DNA of 20,000 nt from Dehalococcoidia bacterium. GTDB lineage: Bacteria; Chloroflexota; Dehalococcoidia; DSTF01; RBG-16-68-14. A model generated the notes under the pieces. It ran no database searches, was not told where the DNA came from, and worked only from the letters and a program-made list of their open reading frames with translations. Positions 1 to 5,749 of the stretch are shown here, piece by piece. Every line of letters starts with the position of its first letter. The first letter of the stretch is position 1. The stretch spans positions 61,328 to 81,327 of the forward strand of contig JBBEBM010000054.1 in assembly GCA_040882355.1 (NCBI GenBank). Reading direction: 5' to 3'. The position numbers and the translations under genes were made by a program.

Positions 1-935
1 GCCCGCACCGTCGCCCCGCCCGCCGTGGTTACGGCGATCAGTTCCGAAAGCGCCAGGTCGCCGTTCTCGCACCACACCTCGAGCTGCTGTTCGCCGTCGA
101 TCTGGCTCAGCGTCACATCACGCACGCCACGGATCGTCCGGAGGCGAGCCAGCTCGGCCGTGCGAAAGCCATCGAGCGTAATCGTCAGTCCGCGCAAGCC
201 GTCGGCAGCGACGCGAAGCTCGCCCGGTCGCAGCTCGTTCTGGAGGCGGCCCTCCGCCATGATCGCGATCCTGTCACACACTGCCGCTGCCTCTTCCGCC
301 TGGTGCGTGACAAGCAGCACCGTCATGCCCTCCTGCGCGACGAGGACGCCCCTGATCAGCGACCAGAGCTCGCGCGCATTCGCGGGGTCGACGCTGCGCG
401 TCGGTTCGTCGAGCAGGAGCACCTTCGGGTGACGCAGCAGGGCGCGCACAAGGGACATGCGGTGCCGGATGCCGGCGGAGTAGAACGAGTAAGGCTGGTC
501 CAGATAAGACGCGATGCCCAACCGCCCAGCGATCTCGTCGATCATGTGTCCGGCCGTCGCGCCGTGTATGTCATTGAGTGCGGCGAAGAACTCCATGTTC
601 TGGCGGCCGGTCAGGCGCCAGTAGAAGCTGCGGTCCTCGCCGAACGTGTAGGAAACCGCCGCGCGCGCCTCTCGCTCGTCCGCCACGACGTTGTAGCCCT
701 GCACGAACGCCGTGCCGGCGTCCGGGCGCACCAACGTCGCGAGGACCTTGAGGAGGGTTGTCTTGCCGGCCCCGTTCGAACCGAGAATGCCGACAACCTC
801 GCCCTGCTCGACGCGTAGGTCAAGCCCGTCGAGCACGCGCGTGCGCGGCCCGCTCAGCGGGTGCCGCAGCGTTGCGCGCAGGCCGCGGTGAGCCGGGTAG
901 TCCTTGACCAGGCCACGCACGTCGATCGCGTTCAT
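1..935 (-). CDS. ABC transporter ATP-binding subunit (probable lasso peptide exporter); 3' end lies beyond the window
   Basis: Not in the ORF track; translated by hand from the ATG at 935, which overlaps the kinase stop (ATGA). MNAIDVRGLVKDY..., Walker A GSNGAGKTT, signature-like YSAGIRHR, Walker B LLLDEPT, H-loop VTHQ. The frame stays open to the window edge. Confidence 0.9.
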   Translation of the reverse strand, partial: MNAIDVRGLVKDYPAHRGLRATLRHPLSGPRTRVLDGLDLRVEQGEVVGILGSNGAGKTTLLKVLATLVRPDAGTAFVQGYNVVADEREARAAVSYTFGEDRSFYWRLTGRQNMEFFAALNDIHGATAGHMIDEIAGRLGIASYLDQPYSFYSAGIRHRMSLVRALLRHPKVLLLDEPTRSVDPANARELWSLIRGVLVAQEGMTVLLVTHQAEEAAAVCDRIAIMAEGRLQNELRPGELRVAADGLRGLTITLDGFRTAELARLRTIRGVRDVTLSQIDGEQQLEVWCENGDLALSELIAVTTAGGATVR

Positions 936-1909
936 TCGGCCGGCTCTGCCGTCGTTATCGTGTCGACAACCTCGTTCAATCGCCCCAGATCACGCGGGCA
1001 GGCCAGCGCGTAGACCGGCGTCATCTCTGCGACCTTACGGAAGACTTCAAGCTGTTGCGCCAGCAGCTCCGGCTCCAGCGCCAGGAGTTGCGCCATGTAG
1101 CCATTTGCCAGGAGCGCCAGCAGCGCGTCGCGGCCGTGCAGTTGCCGGACGGCGACATGGCCTTCAGGCGTCACCGGCACAAGGACGTAGAGTGCGCGCA
1201 GGGGCCGCGCCCCGTCGCACACTTCACCCAGTTCTGAGCCGGGCGCGACACGTTTGTCGAGCCACGAGGCGTGACGCGGCAACTTTTCCCACGTCGAGCC
1301 ATCGAACAGGTGCTGGAGCGCGTCTGGCCAGAGTTTCATGCTGGGGAAGCTGGGGCCGACTCTTGGCCCATCGTCGTTGAGTTCAAGCGCCAGCACGTCG
1401 TCGGTGAGGAGGGCGGCGCCTCGCGCCAGCAGCGCCGCCCCAAGCGTCGATTTGCCGTATCCGGAGGGCGCCAGCAGGCCAACGGCCCCGCCTTCGATCA
1501 CGACCGCGCTGCCGTGAAGGCTGGTCTGCCCCTGCAACTGCAGGGCGAAGCCAAGCACCGGGCCGCTCACCGCCGCGGCGGCGTCAGAGAGCTTCGCTGC
1601 GTCCGCCGACCACTCGATGAGGCGTCCGTCACGCATGACGCTGAAGCGTCCGATCTCCGGATACACCCAGAGGTAGCGATCGCCCTGTCTTTCGACACGG
1701 TAGAAGACCGCGCCGTCCTCGTCGATAACTTCATGGACCGGGTCGCCGGCAGTCGACCGCCATTCCTCATGCTGCCGGCGCACCTTCAGGACCGGTGTTC
1801 CCGCGCTGATCGCGGGCAGCATGGGCAGCGGCAGGTCGCTCTCGAGCACCGTACCGTACGCCCGATACAGAAAGGTTGGTCTGGCGGCGATGGTTTGCGA
1901 ACGCGTCAT
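932..1909 (-). CDS. HPr-kinase-like P-loop kinase, probable lasso peptide kinase (PadeK/ThcoK type)
   Basis: LHGSAV...APSGYGKST...LLTDDVLAL motifs of the HPrK C-terminal fold. Lies directly downstream of the precursor genes. Confidence 0.85.
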   Translation of the reverse strand: MTRSQTIAARPTFLYRAYGTVLESDLPLPMLPAISAGTPVLKVRRQHEEWRSTAGDPVHEVIDEDGAVFYRVERQGDRYLWVYPEIGRFSVMRDGRLIEWSADAAKLSDAAAAVSGPVLGFALQLQGQTSLHGSAVVIEGGAVGLLAPSGYGKSTLGAALLARGAALLTDDVLALELNDDGPRVGPSFPSMKLWPDALQHLFDGSTWEKLPRHASWLDKRVAPGSELGEVCDGARPLRALYVLVPVTPEGHVAVRQLHGRDALLALLANGYMAQLLALEPELLAQQLEVFRKVAEMTPVYALACPRDLGRLNEVVDTITTAEPAE

Positions 1910-1994
1910 GGCCTGTCCGAAGCCTCACCACGCCTCTGCTGGTCCGAAGGTGTGTCCCGCGGCCAGCATCGAGAGGCGGGAGTGCGAGGTTTAG

Positions 1995-2159
1995 CTAGTC
2001 CGCACCCCCACCGCTTAGGGAATGCAGAATGTCCTGGTTCTCGAAGAGCACCAGGCCGTCACCAGCGCCAAAGGTCTTGTTCTTGGCCATCTTGGTGATC
2101 GCCCGAATGTCGCCGTAGGGCAACAGTACGGGCTTCTCATACGCCTTGCGAATCCCCAT
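1995..2159 (-). CDS. Lasso peptide precursor A3 (54 aa): MGIRKAYEKPVLLPYGDIRAITK|MAKNKTFGAGDGLVLFENQDILHSLSGGGAD
   Basis: Strong SD (GGAAAGGAGGGG) upstream of the ATG at 2159. Leader has an exact YxxPxLxxxGxxxxxT motif. The longer ORF-track start at 2219 runs through the SD. Confidence 0.9.
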   Translation of the reverse strand: MGIRKAYEKPVLLPYGDIRAITKMAKNKTFGAGDGLVLFENQDILHSLSGGGAD

Positions 2160-2291
2160 ACAGCCCCTCCTTTCCTTGCGCTTGGACGAGTCGGTCAGCG
2201 TCTTCTGACCGCGGGACACCTCAGCTAGCGTTCAGCCCCGCCGCTGGCGCAGATGTGTCCCGCGGCCAGCATCGAGAGGCGGGAATGCGGG

Positions 2292-2441
2292 TTAGCTGAT
2301 CGTTTGCAGAATGTCCTGGTTCTCGAAGACTACCAGGCCGTCACCAGCGCCGAAGGTCTTGTTCTTCGGCATGGTGGTGATCGCCCGAATGTCGCCATAG
2401 GGCAACAGCACGGGCTTCTCGTACGTCTTGCGAATCCCCAT
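2292..2441 (-). CDS. Lasso peptide precursor A2 (49 aa): MGIRKTYEKPVLLPYGDIRAITT|MPKNKTFGAGDGLVVFENQDILQTIS
   Basis: Absent from the ORF track; translated by hand (ATG 2441, TAA 2292-2294). Same SD and leader motif as A3, 42/49 aa identical to A3, ends in Ser. Confidence 0.9.
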   Translation of the reverse strand: MGIRKTYEKPVLLPYGDIRAITTMPKNKTFGAGDGLVVFENQDILQTIS

Positions 2442-2510
2442 ACAGCCCCTCCTTTCCTCACGCTTGGACGAGTCGGTCAGCGTTCTGACCGCGGGACACC
2501 ATAGTTGTCA

Positions 2511-2577
2511 ACCCGACCGCGGGCGCGCCGGCGCCGAGCGCCACGCGCATGCCGCTGTGGCCTTTTCGCGGCGGGGG
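2511..2577 (-). other. GC-rich imperfect stem-loop between precursors A1 and A2
   Basis: Inner gccac...gtggc arms and imperfect outer cccgaccgcg...cgcggcggg arms. Seen by eye, not folded computationally. Confidence 0.35.
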
Positions 2578-2588
2578 TCTCACATGCC

Positions 2589-2807
2589 TTAGGACAGACC
2601 AGTATCGCCTCCTCCGCTGGGTTGAGCCTCCCAGTGGAAGAAGATGAACAGGTCTCCGGGGCCCCAGTCCTTGTGGCGGAACCGGTGCGTAGTCAACTCC
2701 CGGATATCGCCATACGGCTGGATCGCCGGGCGCTGATACGCCTTGCGGCTTCCCTGACCACTATCCCTCTCCCTAGGCGTCGACGAGCTGGCGACTTTGC
2801 GTGCCAT
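2589..2807 (-). CDS. Lasso peptide precursor A1 (72 aa): MARKVASSSTPRERDSGQGSRKAYQRPAIQPYGDIRELTT|HRFRHKDWGPGDLFIFFHWEAQPSGGGDTGLS
   Basis: SD GGGGAGGAGGTG just upstream of the ATG at 2807. Leader YxxPxIxxxGxxxxxT shares PYGDIR with A2/A3. Overlaps the 3' end of the cyclase by 35 nt. Confidence 0.88.
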   Translation of the reverse strand: MARKVASSSTPRERDSGQGSRKAYQRPAIQPYGDIRELTTHRFRHKDWGPGDLFIFFHWEAQPSGGGDTGLS

Positions 2808-4680
2808 GCGACACCTCCTCCCCTTGTTGTTCCCGAAGCCACAGGCCCGCGGTGATCGCCCTCCACAAGGCGTGCCACCATGGGTGCTGACGGCTCCGGT
2901 ATGTCTCCAACTCTGTTGCCAGAGTGGGGCCATCTACGTAAAACAGCCGGCCCAGCGGACCGTCGAGCAACGCCGCATCGACGCGTTCGCGGTCGCGATC
3001 AAGCAGGCCGGTGTTCATGAGCTCATCGAAGATACCCTTGTCTGTACGCTCCACCACCACCTCAGGCAGCCGCGGACGCATAGCGTCGCGCAGGAGCGCC
3101 TTCGACCGTCCCGGGCGAACGTTCACCCAGGAGGGAAAGCGCAGCATCAGCTCCACCACACGCAGGTCCCAGAACGGTGAGCGCGCCTCCACACCGGCCG
3201 GCAGCGATGCCTGCCGCTCGCGCCATCCAATCACGGGCAACACCTCGCGGCGGTGCAGCGCCCAGAACAGTTCCAGGTCGTCGGCCTTGCGCCAGAGCGT
3301 CGGGACCTCCGGCGTTTCAAGCGCCGCGTCCAAGCCCAAGGCGGCGATCGCATCTGCGTCGATCCAGGGCGGCAGCGGGCTGGGGGCGGGCCGCCCGCGC
3401 CATGCGCGAACCCGGTGACGGAGCGCGTTTGGCGTCAGCGGAGCCAGGCCGGCCGATGCGAGCACGCTGAGGGTTGAGCGGTTATAGGCACGGCCCCAGG
3501 CGCTCGCGTCGCGCAGGGCGTGGGCCCAGTGCCCGCCGATCAACAGCTCGGCTATGTATTCCGTGGAGCTGCTCATGCACTCGTCCCCGCCTATGCCGTC
3601 AAGCAGAACGCAGACGCCGTCGTCGCGAGCCGCTTCCGCCAGGCGCACCATGAGAGGCGCCTGCATTGGCACGTTCGGCTGATCGAACACCGAGTCAGGC
3701 AGGTAGTGCGAGCTCAGGCTCCAGCAGTCGTCGACCGGGATCTCTTGCACGCTGATGCCGAGCTGGTGGCCGACCGCTCGAGCGTAGTGTCGCTCGTCCA
3801 TCCCGCTCGAGCCCTTGACGTAGGCGTTGTACGCGCGGAGATTGGGCGTGGCTTCGCGGGCGCGCGCGGCGACGTATGACGAGTCAAGCCCGCCGCTGAG
3901 CAGTACAGCGGGCGCCGAAGGGGCGCGCACCGCCGCGGCGGTCGCCTGGCCGAAGACTTCTTCGAAGTGCTCCACGTACTCCTCGCGGCGCTTGTACCGC
4001 AGCGTGGGCCGAGGTCCGAAACGCCAGTACTCCTGCAGCAGGACCTCGTCCCCGCGGGCCAGCAAGTAGTGCGCCGGCGGCACTTCGGCCACCGAAGCGT
4101 AGGGTGTTGCGCCCGGTTCGGGCACGGCGCCCGTGAGGTGACACGCGAGCACGAGCGAATCGATCGTGCGGGGCACGTCCGGGTGCGCGAAGAGCTGCTG
4201 CGGCTCCGACCCGACGATCAGCCGCTGCCCGACACGCGCATAGACCAACGGCCGAAAGCCGCGCTGGTCGCGCGCCGCGAACAGCGATCCGCTCCGGCTG
4301 TCCCAGAGCGCGAAGGCGAAATCGCCGATGATGCGGTCGAGGCAGGCGGTCTGCCATCGCTCGTAGGCGAGGGCGATGAGGTCGGCGTCGGTTGGCGCCT
4401 CGCGAAAGAGGTAGATGCCCAGCCCCTGCGCGAGGTCTTCGCGGTTGTCGAGGCGTCCGTCCAGGGCGATCTGGTAACGCCCACCGCAGACATGGGTGGG
4501 CAGGCCCTCTCTCGTCGCTTCGGGGGTCGTAGGCAGAATGCGCTGGCCCAGCGCGATGCCGGGGGCCAGCCAGACATGCCCCTGCGACCCGCGATGCGCG
4601 ATCGCGTCGAGCAGACCCTGAAGCTGCTCCCGGTCTACAGGCGCGCCGCTGGCATCGTAGATCGCCGCGATCCCACTCAC
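2773..4680 (-). CDS. Lasso cyclase (C protein; asparagine synthetase B-like macrolactam synthetase)
   Basis: AsnB two-domain architecture with the LSGGLDSS PP-loop, DGIGGDE and RSPFWD motifs. N-terminus is MSGIA (no catalytic Cys). GTG start overlaps the B2 stop. Confidence 0.92.
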   Translation of the reverse strand: MSGIAAIYDASGAPVDREQLQGLLDAIAHRGSQGHVWLAPGIALGQRILPTTPEATREGLPTHVCGGRYQIALDGRLDNREDLAQGLGIYLFREAPTDADLIALAYERWQTACLDRIIGDFAFALWDSRSGSLFAARDQRGFRPLVYARVGQRLIVGSEPQQLFAHPDVPRTIDSLVLACHLTGAVPEPGATPYASVAEVPPAHYLLARGDEVLLQEYWRFGPRPTLRYKRREEYVEHFEEVFGQATAAAVRAPSAPAVLLSGGLDSSYVAARAREATPNLRAYNAYVKGSSGMDERHYARAVGHQLGISVQEIPVDDCWSLSSHYLPDSVFDQPNVPMQAPLMVRLAEAARDDGVCVLLDGIGGDECMSSSTEYIAELLIGGHWAHALRDASAWGRAYNRSTLSVLASAGLAPLTPNALRHRVRAWRGRPAPSPLPPWIDADAIAALGLDAALETPEVPTLWRKADDLELFWALHRREVLPVIGWRERQASLPAGVEARSPFWDLRVVELMLRFPSWVNVRPGRSKALLRDAMRPRLPEVVVERTDKGIFDELMNTGLLDRDRERVDAALLDGPLGRLFYVDGPTLATELETYRSRQHPWWHALWRAITAGLWLREQQGEEVSHGTQSRQLVDA

Positions 4681-5138
4681 GATGCTTTCTCCAACTTCAC
4701 AAGCGCCACCAGGCGCTCTGCAGGCGCCTCAAACACCTCGAACGCGGCGCAGTGGCTCGGTGTGTCGTTTACGGGCTCTCCTGCCACCTCGACCCAAGCG
4801 TGGGCGGCCATCCTATCAGATCCTTTGAGTACACCGATGCGCATTTGTCCTTCGATGCCACGGCGGCGCAGGAGCCAGATCAGGACGAGCGACCGCTGCA
4901 GGCAGCGGCCGCCGAACGGCCAGCGGTTGGCGACAGCGTCGTCTATCCAAGCCAGGCGCGCCGCCTCCGTGCGGTCCGCGCGACCGCCTGACGGCGCACC
5001 GAGGGTGCCCTGCACCCAGCGACCGAGCAGCGCGCGCGGCGGCAGCAGAAAGCCGACCTGCGAGACGCCGAAGTAGACCACCGTCTCGGCCAGCCGGAAC
5101 AGCGTTCGAGGTGTGAGTTGCCTAGCTCGCCGCACCAT
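4677..5138 (-). CDS. Lasso peptide leader peptidase B2 (transglutaminase-like)
   Basis: RCLQRSL (Cys) and AHAWVE (His) motifs, followed by PVND (Asp). Probable start is the ATG at 5138 or the next GTG, overlapping the B1 3' end. The exact start is uncertain. Confidence 0.92.
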   Translation of the reverse strand: MVRRARQLTPRTLFRLAETVVYFGVSQVGFLLPPRALLGRWVQGTLGAPSGGRADRTEAARLAWIDDAVANRWPFGGRCLQRSLVLIWLLRRRGIEGQMRIGVLKGSDRMAAHAWVEVAGEPVNDTPSHCAAFEVFEAPAERLVALVKLEKAS

Positions 5139-5433
5139 CCTCCTTTTTCTCGAAGGCGAGGCCTTTCGCGACAAGCTCGGCCACGAACGAGTCGACGTCG
5201 GCGCGGAGCGCCTCCGGGGCCACGTCAAACTCCTCCACGAGGGTAGCGCAGATGGATGAAACGGAGTCGTCGTCAGCAAGAAGCTGCCAGACGCGCGTGG
5301 CAACGGCGTTCAGGCCGTAGTACTGGCCGGCGTCCAGGTCGAGCGCCACCGCCTCGTCGTCAATGACACGACAGAGCGCGCGGGGGTTGATGCTGTAACG
5401 GCGGTCCGCGACCGCCACTCGGTGGTCTTGCAT
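5122..5433 (-). CDS. RiPP recognition element / PqqD-family protein (lasso B1)
   Basis: 103 aa with DDEAVALDLDAGQYYGLNAVATRVWQLL...EEFDV...DVDSFVAELVAKGL, the typical PqqD pattern. SD AGAGGAGAGG. Confidence 0.93.
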   Translation of the reverse strand: MQDHRVAVADRRYSINPRALCRVIDDEAVALDLDAGQYYGLNAVATRVWQLLADDDSVSSICATLVEEFDVAPEALRADVDSFVAELVAKGLAFEKKEDGAAS

Positions 5434-5460
5434 AACCTCTCCTCTCTCGATGCCGATACT

Positions 5461-5485
5461 GCTCGTTCAGAATCGCCGAACGAGC
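5461..5485 (-). promoter_or_regulatory. Stem-loop in the putative 5' UTR of the lasso operon
   Basis: Perfect 8-bp inverted repeat gctcgttc/gaacgagc. On the minus-strand RNA it extends by one G.U and one G-C pair. Confidence 0.45.
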
Positions 5486-5749
5486 GTCACGCTGACTGAC
5501 TCATCTAAACGATAACGATCAAAGGTGGAGAGATGGTTGAGACGCAGGTGTAAGTGCCGGCCAGCAGGCCGGGCGGAATCGGGCTTTCGCCGGGCTCGAG
5601 GCGGGCGGCGATCCTCCCTGAGCCACCCCGGTTCCACGTCAATGCCACCGCCGTTCAACAACCGATCAACCCGCCAAATGTAGAAGGTTATGAGACGATG
5701 AAACACGCGTGAACGCGAGCCTCCTCCAGGCTTGCTCGGAGGGTTCCCC

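Larger units (their letters stand above)
1951..2500. repeat. Tandem duplication of two precursor cassettes (~1951-2220 and ~2254-2500)
   Basis: Both copies begin tgtgtcccgcggccagcatcgagaggcggga and end ctgaccgcgggacacc. The RBS and ORF between these ends are near-identical. Confidence 0.95.

Noticed and set aside
932..1909. Canonical HPr kinase/phosphorylase of the PTS
   Set aside because: Only the P-loop fold motifs are shared. The context is a RiPP operon with Ser-terminated precursors.
1951..2500. CRISPR array or IS/MITE insertion
   Set aside because: There are only two long units, each with an ORF, and no repeat-spacer periodicity or cas genes. No transposase is present and no target-site duplication is visible beside the inverted repeats.
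2022..2855. Plus-strand ORFs 2022-2228, 2253-2504 and 2505-2855
   Set aside because: Antisense shadows of the precursor genes. Their mutual similarity comes from the duplication.
2773..4680. Housekeeping asparagine synthetase AsnB
   Set aside because: It lacks the N-terminal catalytic Cys (MSGIA) and is coupled to B1/B2 and precursor genes, so a lasso cyclase fits better.
3967..5076. Long alternative-frame ORFs such as 3967-5076 (+), 8792-9853 (+), 10967-12058 (-) and 12588-13673 (-)
   Set aside because: They overlap well-supported genes, have no recognisable motifs, and are expected from stop-codon scarcity in high-GC DNA.
5122..5433. PQQ biosynthesis (pqqD)
   Set aside because: No pqqA/B/C/E nearby. 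The adjacent B2 peptidase identifies it as a lasso RRE.
5486..5710. Specific promoters or a small gene in the divergent intergenic region
   Set aside because: Divergent promoters must exist here, but I found no convincing -35/-10 pair. ORF 5467-5769 has no SD or recognisable features.
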